Below, in pieces: positions 10,642 to 20,176 of a stretch of 64,000 bases of DNA. The notes beneath the pieces are model-generated. The model was given only the letters and a program-made list of their open reading frames with translations, made no database searches and was not told the DNA's origin. The translations under genes were made by a program, and so were the position numbers. How positions within the stretch are numbered: the stretch's first letter is position 1; the number at the start of each line of letters is the position of its first letter. The stretch comes from an uncultured delta proteobacterium (GTDB taxonomy: Bacteria > Desulfobacterota > Binatia > Binatales > Binataceae), in the NCBI GenBank assembly GCA_963805315.1, contig CAWDTQ010000013.1, positions 6,090 through 70,089 of the forward strand. Reading direction: 5' to 3'.

Positions 10642-12732
10642 GTGAATGACTTCATGGGCTCTGGGACGAATGGCGAAGAGCGCGAGCCCACGCCGCAGAC
10701 ACAGACGGACACGAAGCCTGCCGACGACGATATGCAGGCCGCGTTGCGCACCCGCATCAAGGCGCTTGGCCCCGACGCCATTGTCGAGATCGCGCGAGGT
10801 CCGAACAGCGCGCACATGCCCCAGAAGCAAGTCCGTCAGTTCCGCGATGGACTGTTGCCCATCGATCAGGACAAGCTGGCGGCTCTTGCAGCGGCGGTGT
10901 CTACAGCCGAAGCCGCGCGCAGCAGGAAGGCGAAGACCTCGACAGCAGCCACTGGCGAAGCCCTGAAAGCCGATGGCGAGCCCCCTACGACCTTTGAGAC
11001 CCCAGAAACCGCCGACACGGCTCCTGAGGGTTCCTGCGCGGCCACTAGTGAGGCTCCTGCAGCTACTGGCGGGGCTCCTACAGCCTCCACGATCACCATC
11101 GTCAACGCGATTGGCCCGCCGTTCGTCGGCAAGACATTCGCGCTGGTGAATGGAAAGCTGACCAAGACGAAGGTCGTCGCCTCAATCTGGAAAGGCGAGG
11201 GGCGGATGGTCGATGTCCCGACCGCCAAGGACATGCTGGCCGTTCTTGCGACGGTGACGCAATCAGGCAATCAGGCGCTGGTGCTGGACGCGTTCAAGAA
11301 CGGTAAGATCAACCGCCGTTTCTCCATCGTAACGGAGGATAAGCTCGAACATCTTCTGGGAAACGTGCCGGTCGGGGACGAAGGGATCTACGACGTCGAG
11401 GGCGTGCGCATCGCCGCCCGCCTGAAGCGCGGCGTGAGGCCGTCCTGTTGGCTCCTGCTCGACGCCGACAACCCGGAAGGAATGCCGCCGGAGTGGACGA
11501 TCCTCAGTCTTGAACAGCGCCTGAAGATGCTGGAACCCATTCTGCCGGGCGTGTCTGCGTGCGAACGGATCGAGTACCTGAGTTCGTCGGCGCGGGTCGT
11601 CAAAACAGGAGGCGCGGAAGGCCCGCGCCTAGTGACGCACGCTCTGGCGCGCGTGTCGCACCCCGAGAAGATCGAGACGCTGCACGCCTACTTGGGGATC
11701 GCGACCGTCAACGCGGGTCTGGCGTTCAAATCGCCGCGCCACTCGAAGCGCGAGCCGGAAGAAGTCATCGGGCATGCGTGGCGCACGCTGTTCGATCTCG
11801 CGCCGATTGACGACGGACGCCTGAGTGTTCGAGGCAATACCCCGAGTGCCGACCGGCTACCGCGTGCTTGCTGCCGGAATGAAGATCGTCAATCCCGGCG
11901 GCGGGGTCCTGAACATCGGCTCGATTGAACTGCCGGGCAAGGAGCCGCTGAAGCGCTACGAGAAGACAACCGGGCAGTCGGTGTCCTTCAGCCACGAGCA
12001 TGGCGCGCTGCGGGTCATCGTCCGCAACGTCCTCAAGCTGGATACCGAGATCGAAGTCAAAGGCGACGTCAAGCCGCTGTCGGAATGGCTGGCCGAGATG
12101 GAGATCGGACAGAAGTTGCGCTGCGAAACGCCATTCCGGGCGTCGATCAGCGAAGCGGCGTTCATCAAGAAAGATGGCGATACGGACGCCATTCTGTACG
12201 ACAGCGGCACGAACACGATCTATCCGCTGGCGGCGACATTCCCGGACGACATCGACACGCTCGGCCTGCCCGAAGAAGACGACGAACCTGACGAGGTGGA
12301 CGAGGCGCTCCTCGCATCGCGGATGCCAGCAATCGACCCGAAGGCGTTCTATGGGCCGCTCAAAGAGATCGTCGAGACAGCGACTGAACGTTCGGAAGCG
12401 ACCAAAGTGGGCGTCGCCCTTCAGATCATCGCGCAGGTCGCCCTGTGTGCGGCCATTCTATTCCGATGGACGAGAAGCCGCTCGACCTGAACGTCGACCT
12501 GCTTCAAGATCGGAATGTCAGCCAAGGGCCGGAAAGGCACGTCGAAGCGCGTCGTCGATATTTCGTGGCTCCGGCGATCCGGGCGCTCGCGGAGGAAACG
12601 TGGATGCCCTATAGATCGGCGGAAAATGACCGTGCCGCGAAGGAAGACACGCGTGAAGCCGTCCGCGAAGCGGAGCGAATGTCGATCGCGCTGCTCCTCG
12701 ATGACGCCGACCTGGGCGGGCAGCCGCGCTGA
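10642..12732 (+). pseudogene. Large island-encoded protein, possibly a replication/primase-like protein of the integrative element, split over three frames (shifts near 11830 and 12450)
   Basis: ORFs 10642..11928, 11825..12490 and 12445..12732 overlap end to end. The tails of the first two are Arg-rich out-of-frame junk. It has a low-complexity acidic/Thr-Ala-Pro linker followed by globular regions. The function call is inference only. Confidence 0.3.
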
Positions 12733-14134
12733 TCGCGAAGGTGAAGGCGGAGGAAGACGGAGGCCGAGGCCGCTCGTCGTCGAAGCTTGAAGAAGAAAAA
12801 AGCCGCTATAGCGAAGTCCGACGTGCCCCGCACCCGAAAATATTACGAGCAGGCCATCAGCAGAGCGAGGCGAGGATTGTGGGAGTTGGGGCCCCGCATC
12901 ATCGACGGAGAGGCAAGCATGCGCGTATCGCAGTCGTACTCGCGGACCGCGACGCCGCGCCACGGTCGTCGAGGCGGCGCTGGCGCCAGCGAAGGCCGAT
13001 GAAGGGCAACCCCCACTCAAAGCGCTGGAGCCTTGGACCGAGTTGTTCATGGAACCGGCCTCGCCAACTGTCGACTCTGAAGCGCAGTGATACCGGCGAA
13101 GGTCTCTCATTCACGTAGCTTCTCTTCGCGTACCTGCGGCTGCCGAACGGGACACGACGACAAAAAGGGGGACCCGGGGGGCCAAGGAGAAGCGCACGCC
13201 CGCATCAACCTGTCGGAGTTCGCGGTCGTCCTCGCCCAGGTCCGCAGGTCCGTTCGACGTCGCACCGCGCCGCGGGACGCCGACGACTGCGCGCCTCTGA
13301 TGACGGGTCGAAGAACAGCCGAGCAAAGTTCGAGAAGCCATACATCTGCCTTAGCGCTCGATCATCCGCCGAATTCGTGCGGCAGAACGTCCACGACCGT
13401 GACATGAACGGCCACCCCGAGATGGTCTCGTCAACAGGGAGATCATGGGCTCTTCGTCGCGCGGGTAGAAGCTCCTCGATGTTTGTAGCCTGCAAGAGGG
13501 CGGAAGCGCTCGCTCGCGGTGTCGCCGAGACGCCTGAATTCTATCGCGAGCTAAAGCCACCGGGGAATTCGCGTCGGCCGCCGTCGAATCCACGCCCGAG
13601 GCAAAGGCGCTATAGAGGAGGGTGGCGTCTACAAGCGCATCGACGGGTCTCGGGCGCGTCTCTGAAAATGCCGGGTAAGCTGCTCTTGGGGGCTGCGACA
13701 AAGTTGCGCAAGATCGCGGCGATTCTCGACCGCGATGAACGGAGAAAGCCGGATTCCGTTGGAGCGCTCGAAGCGGCGGACGCATGGATCGATCACTCCG
13801 CCGCCAGCGCCAACGTCATTGCGGCGACGTTGACCGACCGCGCCGCGACACGAAGCTGTGAGGAGACGCCGCAACGATACCTCACGGCGCTCAAGGCGCT
13901 CGGCGGCGACATTCAGGCTGCGTCGTCATGCGATGTGCGGCGAAAGATTATCTTCTACAAGAAGCGGTTCCAGATCTGCCCTTGTTCTTCATTAAAATTG
14001 CCCGCCGTCTTTGGATGAGATCGTCGAAGAAGACTGGACTTCTGGGACTGGGGCGGCGAGGTCGAGGTCGCTGTCAAACGACGAACTGTCGCAGAAGCCG
14101 CGCCCTCCGTAGACAAGAGCAGGAACGGTCCCCT

Positions 14135-15475
14135 CTTAGGGCCTGTCAGGAATCAACTGCATTGACGAGCGAAGCGACTGAGGGGGCGATTGTGTAGTTC
14201 CATTCGCCGTGGAAATCATCGCGAGAGATGTTGAGGGTTTGCATCTGCTCGTCGGATACGAGGATTCCTTTTGGATATATTTTGTCGTCGAGTTCGCAGC
14301 GGACGGTCAAGCCGGTTTGCGTCGTCGTCGCCCCGATCAGTTCGACGATGACGCGATAGCTGATCAGCGGTTTGGCGCGCCAGTTTTGGGTGATGAATGA
14401 GAATAGGCGGTGTTCGATCTTGTTCCACTTGCTGGTTCCCGGAGGAAGATGGTGAACCTCGATGGATAGGCCCAGTTCATCGGCCAATCGCTGCAATTCG
14501 AGCTTCCACAATCGCACCCGCGAGCCGTTCGATCCGCCGCCATCGGCGGTGATGACGAGACGCCGCGCGAGGGGATAACGAATGCGGCCGACCTCCCGCC
14601 ACCAGCGACGGATCGTCTGAACCGCGAAAGCGGCCGTGTCGTTGTCGACGCCGACCGCGACCCAGCCCGCGTTGGCCGCCATATCATAAATTCCATAAGG
14701 CACGGCGCGGCCGAGTTCCTTGATCAGAAAGTCGTGCACGCGCACCTCTTCCGGATCGCCTTGGCGACGCCATTCCCGGCCGGCGTTCTTGAAATCGCCG
14801 ACCAATTCCTTCTTCTTGGTATCGACGGATATGACCGGCTGGTTCTCGCCGATGGCCGTTTTCACGGCCTCGTTGACGACCCGGAATTGCGCGTCCCGGT
14901 CGGGATTGTCGGCGCCCTCGCGCGTCTTGCTGTTGGCCTGCAGGCTGAACTTCTGCTTCTTCAGCAATTCGCCAACCACCGTGTGGCTGATCTTGTGCCC
15001 GAGCTTGCCCAGTTCGTCCGCAAGGCGGCGCAGGCTCTTGCAGGTCCAGCGCAGCGGCGACATCGGATCGCCGCGCGCGTCGGGCTCGACCAACGCGTTC
15101 AAGTCGTCGAGAAGACCGGGATTCGTTTCACTCAGCGATTTGCGGCCCCCGCCAGGCCGACGTACGCGATCGAGAGGCGTCGCGGACGGCGCTTCCAGTT
15201 CCTTCAACCCCCGTCCGATCGTGCTGGCGGCGACCCCCGTCACCCGCGACACCGCGGCTATGCCGCCATATCCCGCCGCACGAGCTTCCGCCGCGACGAA
15301 AAGCCGGCGCTGACGTTCATCCAACTGAGGCGATATCGCCGAGTGGCGCGTCTCGAGCTTGCGAAGCGACTCTTCATCGATCATCCCACAACGCTACGAC
15401 GCCACGTCTACAATGGGAATCCCGCTCCGCCTTTCCACCCCAACCCGATTCGCCTATTGGCTGACAGGCCCTTAG
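14135..15475 (-). mobile_element. Intact ISAzo13-family (ISNCY group) insertion sequence with 15-bp imperfect terminal inverted repeats
   Basis: Left IR CTTAGGGCCTGTCAG at 14135-14149. Right end CTGACAGGCCCTTAG at 15461-15475; its reverse complement matches the left IR at 13 of 15 positions. A full-length transposase lies between them. Confidence 0.7.
14146..15384 (-). CDS. ISAzo13-family transposase (DDE domain)
   Basis: 412 aa with an uninterrupted ORF. It has the characteristic N-terminal HTH region (MIDEESLRKLETRHSAISPQLDERQRRLFVAAEARA) and a DDE core. Confidence 0.8.
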   Translation of the reverse strand: MIDEESLRKLETRHSAISPQLDERQRRLFVAAEARAAGYGGIAAVSRVTGVAASTIGRGLKELEAPSATPLDRVRRPGGGRKSLSETNPGLLDDLNALVEPDARGDPMSPLRWTCKSLRRLADELGKLGHKISHTVVGELLKKQKFSLQANSKTREGADNPDRDAQFRVVNEAVKTAIGENQPVISVDTKKKELVGDFKNAGREWRRQGDPEEVRVHDFLIKELGRAVPYGIYDMAANAGWVAVGVDNDTAAFAVQTIRRWWREVGRIRYPLARRLVITADGGGSNGSRVRLWKLELQRLADELGLSIEVHHLPPGTSKWNKIEHRLFSFITQNWRAKPLISYRVIVELIGATTTQTGLTVRCELDDKIYPKGILVSDEQMQTLNISRDDFHGEWNYTIAPSVASLVNAVDS

Positions 15476-15497
15476 CTTCGATGCAGATGTCATTGAA

Positions 15498-15644
15498 TGT
15501 CCACATGACTGGCATGACTGGCATGGGTGTACCCCCCCTCCGGGAAATTGACGGTAGTGTGTGCAAGTTCCTTAAATGGCATTTCCACGAATGTTTCCCG
15601 GAAGGGGGGGTAAAGTTATGCCAGTCATGCCAGTCATCTGGACA
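15498..15644. repeat. 147-bp composite imperfect palindrome with an internal tandem 9-mer (gactggcat x2) in each arm and a 48-bp unique centre
   Basis: Left arm tgtccacatgactggcatgactggcat ... accccccctccgggaa. Right arm ttcccggaaggggggg ... atgccagtcatgccagtcatctggaca. The arms are near-perfect reverse complements. Confidence 0.6.
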
Positions 15645-16148
15645 CTTCAATACAACGCGATACCGACCGACAGAGCACGAACCCAACAAAACCGGTCTGT
15701 TTGGGGCGTTACGGCGTTTGTCGCCGCCGTCGTCGTTCAGGTCTCGGCACGCACAGCGTAGCTGTTGATCGGCTTGATCCAAGGGACGTGCGAGACCGGC
15801 GGCGCGGGCGCTAGAAGTTCGGCGATGTCCGCCTTTGTCAGCTGCTCCCGCCGCCGCTCTCCACCCGTCGTCGGCGTCGCGTTCGACCAGCGAGCGCGCC
15901 TGAAGCCGCTTGAGGCGACCGGCTGCGGTCGTCACGCCCGTCTTCATCGCCCGCGCAATCGCGGCTGTGCTCATTCCCGGCGTCGAGCGCGCCAGTTGGA
16001 CGATCTTGGCTTCGGCCTTGGCCGCCGCGACCGTCTTCGCCGTCTTCGGATGTTGCTGTTGCGGCCTCTTCTTCGCGCCGGACCGCGCGGCGCGAATAGG
16101 GCGCGGGGGGTTCGGATCAGCCCGTTGAGTTCGGACGGCTTGCGGGCG

Positions 16149-16895
16149 TCAGTTCGTCAGCAGAATTCGTCGATGGACCGGCTGCAATGGCCGCGCGTCC
16201 ATCGGGAACGACGATTTGAAACGCTCGATGCCGCTCTCGGCGACCGCGACCGGCGCGGCGAAGACGTTCCATTCCACCACCTCCGAGCACGGCGGCGTCG
16301 TCAGCGAGCCCTCGTAGCGGAAGAAATGACGGGCCTTGGGCAGGAGCGACGCCGGGTCAATCGGCGAGTTCAGCGTAGCTTCCCCCTCGTCCTTCGGCGC
16401 TGCCGCCATCAGCGCCGAGAAGGCCGGGCACGCATCCTGCCCTCCACCCTCAAGGAAGACGCCTATCACCATGAGATTTCCGCCCTCGCCGGTATGGACG
16501 AAGTGAGCCTCCATCGCCGAACGCTTGCCGTCCAGCGTGTGTTCGCTCGGGGCATGGAAATGGAATTGCTGTAGCTCATACCTGCGCCCCGCCGACGTGG
16601 CGAAGCCGCCGGGAGAGGCGTTCGCCTGGATCGTATGCCCGTTGTTGACGACGCTGAACGCCTCGGCCCGCCACGACACGGCTGGCGGCTCGATCTCGGC
16701 CCGGACACCGCCAGTCAGGTTAATCGGCGATTGCTCGCCGCCGATGGAGCAAGCACGGAAACGCCCGTCCGCGCCCCAATTCTCCGGATCGGCATAGCTC
16801 CAGTGCTCGCCTTCGGCGCGCGCGACGCCAACCGCTGCGGCACACACCGGGCAGGCCGCGAGACCGGCCAGGAACTGTCTGCGGGAGAACGCCAT
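16149..16895 (-). CDS. Alpha-class carbonic anhydrase with Tat signal peptide
   Basis: RRQFLAGL twin-arginine motif. Zn-ligand His motifs (HFHAPSEH ... HFVH) and a C-terminal EGSLTTPPC region are present. Confidence 0.85.
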   Translation of the reverse strand: MAFSRRQFLAGLAACPVCAAAVGVARAEGEHWSYADPENWGADGRFRACSIGGEQSPINLTGGVRAEIEPPAVSWRAEAFSVVNNGHTIQANASPGGFATSAGRRYELQQFHFHAPSEHTLDGKRSAMEAHFVHTGEGGNLMVIGVFLEGGGQDACPAFSALMAAAPKDEGEATLNSPIDPASLLPKARHFFRYEGSLTTPPCSEVVEWNVFAAPVAVAESGIERFKSSFPMDARPLQPVHRRILLTN

Positions 16896-16907
16896 AATGA
16901 CCCCCTT

Positions 16908-17552
16908 CTAAGGATGGTCGTCGCCGGGGCGATGGAGTGGTCTATCAGAACCGCGCGGACTGCCCAAGCCGGGCGATCCAGCATCCGTCCATATCTGGCA
17001 GTCACAACATCTCAGCACCGCGATCCGCCACGCAGCCAGACCGCCGGGCCATGCGAGTGTCAATCTGTGCCTGCCAATGCGCAGGAGTGTCTGGCGTGTC
17101 TGCGGACGCCGCGCCTCACGCCAGCGAACGCCTTCGCACACGACAGCAAGCGAGATCCGAAGCGCGCCCGCCTCGACGTGCAGTGTTACTTGGTTCGCCA
17201 AGTCCGGTCGGTCGCCGCCAAGGGCGCGTTCGGCCTGGATCCGCTGCCCGTGTTCGGTCGCCACGTAGGGGCGGTTCCTCTTCAGGGCGAGCGCCCCGCC
17301 GTGGACCATGCAGACGTTCGAACCCGTGACGGCGACCCTTCGGCACTTCCGCCCGGTCGAGTTCGCGGTGGCCGTACATCGCTTCGCTGTGAGTGTGTGC
17401 AGCCCGACGCGTCGCGCCGCCGCGAGGAGGCCGGGTGGGGCCTCCTTCTGCCCGCCATAGCTGCGCTGGCGCGGTTGCGTCCGGCGGCGCTTGCCGGGGC
17501 TCCAGTCGAGCCGCGTGAATTGGGTCTCGCTCAACGCCGCAGTCTCCATCAA
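16908..17552 (-). CDS. Hypothetical protein with phage-type HNH/zinc-finger motif
   Basis: The segment CTATANSTGRKCRRVAVTGSNVCMVHGG resembles phage HNH nucleases. The rest has no recognisable domain. Confidence 0.35.
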   Translation of the reverse strand: MMETAALSETQFTRLDWSPGKRRRTQPRQRSYGGQKEAPPGLLAAARRVGLHTLTAKRCTATANSTGRKCRRVAVTGSNVCMVHGGALALKRNRPYVATEHGQRIQAERALGGDRPDLANQVTLHVEAGALRISLAVVCEGVRWREARRPQTRQTLLRIGRHRLTLAWPGGLAAWRIAVLRCCDCQIWTDAGSPGLGSPRGSDRPLHRPGDDHP

Positions 17553-18035
17553 TTAAGTCGCCGACGTCATGCTAGGGGTCCACCAGTGTTATGCGTCTTC
17601 GTCGGGGCCATATTCCCAGCCTGAGTTGACGTTGTACTGGTCGACGGTCTGTGTTTGCGCCGCCTCTCAACGGAAAGGAAACCAGAAGTGTGATAGGCCA
17701 ACACGCCATGACGAAGTGGGAAATGCTGACCGACGTGACCGTGTGGCTGAGCGCGATTGGAGGCGGCGTAGTCGCCTCTCACCTATCGTCTGGGCTTTGG
17801 GATCGTCGTCAGCGTCATCGCGGGTGTCCGTCGGGGTAGCGTTCGGCCTCGTCTTTCGGGGCGGTTCCTGTCAACGCTGTGGGGGCGCTGAGGTCAAGTA
17901 CGCGCGGCCCATGGGAGGGGAGACATGCCGTGGAAGCGCCCGAAATGCCGCGAAAATTCGGCCAAAGATTAGAATGACGGCTCCACTCTTAAGAAAGGGC
18001 GATTGCGCGTTCCTCCAATTGATCGCGTATAGCGT

Positions 18036-18716
18036 CTATCGGCTCACGCCGATCAAGCCAAGGCGAGATGGCGCTGCGAACCCTCGACTTGAATTCAGAC
18101 GCGTCCACCGAAAGGGAGCAATTGGGGCGCAACGAACCTCGTGAGTTCTCGGGGCTCCATATTTGCGTAAATATTCGGAGAAATTAACTGCGCCTTCGTC
18201 CACTTCCAGCAGGGTCTCGACAGGTGCGCCTTCCGCATAGATCACGTCATGACTTTCAAGCTTGATGTTAAAAGTATTCCAGCTCGGCGAATCCACGCGC
18301 CTCCTCTACCTTGATTGTCGTGCCGTTGATCACGTCTCCCAACCGGGATCAACACGCCATCGACGAAGAGAGAGTGCCACTCAGTGAGGTAGAGGTCGGT
18401 GTGCGGAACGTCCCGCCCGAGCGTGGACTGTGCAACCTGAACTGGTTGAGATAGCCTTCACCCATGGCTTAGACGGATCACTCTTCCTGAAAGGATAGTA
18501 CCTGATCCACTGGATCGGACGGTATCCTAAAAACATCGTTGGCAACAGATCGCCAATTGCAAGGTCTTCGACCTTGCGCTCGCCCTCGGCTGTCCGGACC
18601 TTCGTCCCCTTCAGGAAACAACGTCCAGCAGCCGTCGAAGAAACTGGCACCGTCAGGGCCCGCGCCGCATTAACTTTCGCCAAACCCGCGGACCCCAGAA
18701 GGACACCCATCTTCAT
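18036..18716 (-). pseudogene. Hint (Hedgehog/intein-like) domain protein, frameshifted
   Basis: ORF 18381..18716 has the N-terminal Hint motif CFLKGTKVRTAEGERKVEDLAIGDLLPT. ORF 18036..18296 has the C-terminal HDVIYAEGAPVETL end. The intervening segment (WHSLFVDGVLIP) is in another frame. Confidence 0.55.
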
Positions 18717-19092
18717 GATGTTGCGCCGGGTTCTTGCGTCTTTACGTTCAAGTCTTGTGTGTTGCTGAGCATCGCGGCGTTCTCCACTTTCAGCACGGAA
18801 GACGGCACGGACGGCAATTGGTGCGCTGATGCTTACAAATTAGCTCAGCACAATTTTTCACGCGCTACAAGAGGCAATCTCCGAGTTGTGGCCAAATATT
18901 GTTGACGGGCGACCACTTTCGCTACAGGCGAACGGTCCCAGACAACGCTGGCGAGGAGCATCGGCGTGAAGTCGCGGGAAAGGGGAGCCAATCCGAATGC
19001 TGACGCAGGACGCATGCGTTGGCTGGATCATCTCCCCTCGTGTAGGCGTCGGACCCAAACGCGGTGAGATTGTCGCTCGCCGAAGCCGACGC

Positions 19093-20154
19093 TTATCTGG
19101 CGTCCTTTGGCGATTTAAACGGGAACTGTCGGCACGCCGGGCCGACTTGATCAACCGAGCTTAGCGATGCCTGCCCAGAACCGCGCTGGCGGGCGAAGTG
19201 ATCGAAGCCATCGCCAGCGGAACAGGCGGCGGGTGATGCGGCGGCGCTTCGTCCCGTCGAAAGGCGTCGTTGCGCAATGGCAGGTATCGGCAAACTTTTG
19301 GCGAAAAAAGATAGGCGCGGGCCGCACGCCATCGCGCATATCGGCCTCACGCCGCAAGACGATGTTCGAAGAGGGAGACTTCGGATTGCCGCCGGTCGTG
19401 AGGCGCGCTCGGGAAGCGTCCCCACTATTCCGAGATGTCCTCGCCGCCCAGTTCCTTCCCCGCCGCCGCGCGCCTTCGCGAAATCACCGCCGAGCGCGGC
19501 GGCCGCAAGATCGTGCATCTCACGCGGAACGACGTTGCTGCAGGTCGAGATCACACCCTTCGCGCCGAGCGCGATCAGCGGCAGCGTGAGCGCGTCGTCG
19601 CCGGACAGAATCGTGATCCGGTCGCCGCACATCTTCAGGATGTCGGACGACTGATCCATCGAGCCCGACGCTTCCTTGATGCCGACGATATTTTTGATTT
19701 CAGCAAGCCGCGCGATGGTTTCCGGCGCAATGTTTGACGCGGTGCGGCCGGGGACGTTGTACAGGAAGAGCGGAATATCCACGCTGGCGGCGATCGTCTT
19801 GTAGTGCCTGAAGATGCCGTCCTGGGTGGGCTTGTTGTAATACGGTGACAGCAACAGCGCGCCGTCCGCACCCATCTCGCGCGCGGCTGCGGTCAGCCGA
19901 ATCGCTTCGGCGGTCGAGTTCGAGCCGGTGCCGGCGACTACCGGGACGCGCTTGCGCGTTTGCTCGATCGTGAGCTTGATGACGCTGTCGTGCTCGGCGT
20001 GCGTGAGCGTTGCGGATTCACCGGTCGAGCCGCACGGGACCAGCCCGTCGATTCCGCTCTGAATCTGCCATTCGATAAGCTCGCGCAACGCGGGCGCGTC
20101 CACCTCGCCGTCGCGAAACGGCGTTACCAGGGCCGTCAATGCGCCATTGAACAT
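19093..20154 (-). CDS. dapA: 4-hydroxy-tetrahydrodipicolinate synthase, with an atypical ~60-aa C-terminal extension
   Basis: The N-terminal 225 aa are a canonical DapA (TALVTPF, GSTGE, YNVPGRT). The ORF continues to 353 aa with non-DapA-like sequence after FAKAR. Confidence 0.8.
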   Translation of the reverse strand: MFNGALTALVTPFRDGEVDAPALRELIEWQIQSGIDGLVPCGSTGESATLTHAEHDSVIKLTIEQTRKRVPVVAGTGSNSTAEAIRLTAAAREMGADGALLLSPYYNKPTQDGIFRHYKTIAASVDIPLFLYNVPGRTASNIAPETIARLAEIKNIVGIKEASGSMDQSSDILKMCGDRITILSGDDALTLPLIALGAKGVISTCSNVVPREMHDLAAAALGGDFAKARGGGEGTGRRGHLGIVGTLPERASRPAAIRSLPLRTSSCGVRPICAMACGPRLSFFAKSLPIPAIAQRRLSTGRSAAASPAACSAGDGFDHFARQRGSGQASLSSVDQVGPACRQFPFKSPKDAR

Positions 20155-20176
20155 TGTTCGCAGCCTCCCGCCTTTT

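Noticed and set aside
13377-14018. 213-aa ORF upstream of the IS
   Set aside because: The N-terminal half is Arg/Ser-rich junk. Only the last ~115 codons (from MPGKLL at about 13668) look protein-like and no domain was recognised, so it is left uncalled.
15498-15644. CRISPR array (because of the gactggcat tandem)
   Set aside because: Only two 9-mer copies per arm, arranged as an inverted, not direct, structure. No spacer-repeat periodicity and no cas genes.
15765-16574. 269-aa plus-strand ORF overlapping the carbonic anhydrase gene
   Set aside because: Arg-rich, and antisense to the well-supported Tat-CA gene.
17690-17880. Possible small two-TM holin-like ORF (MTKWEMLTDVTVWLSAIGGGVVA ... 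LGFGIVVSVIAGV)
   Set aside because: It requires an assumed frameshift to join two short frames, and there are no supporting neighbours (endolysin). Too speculative.
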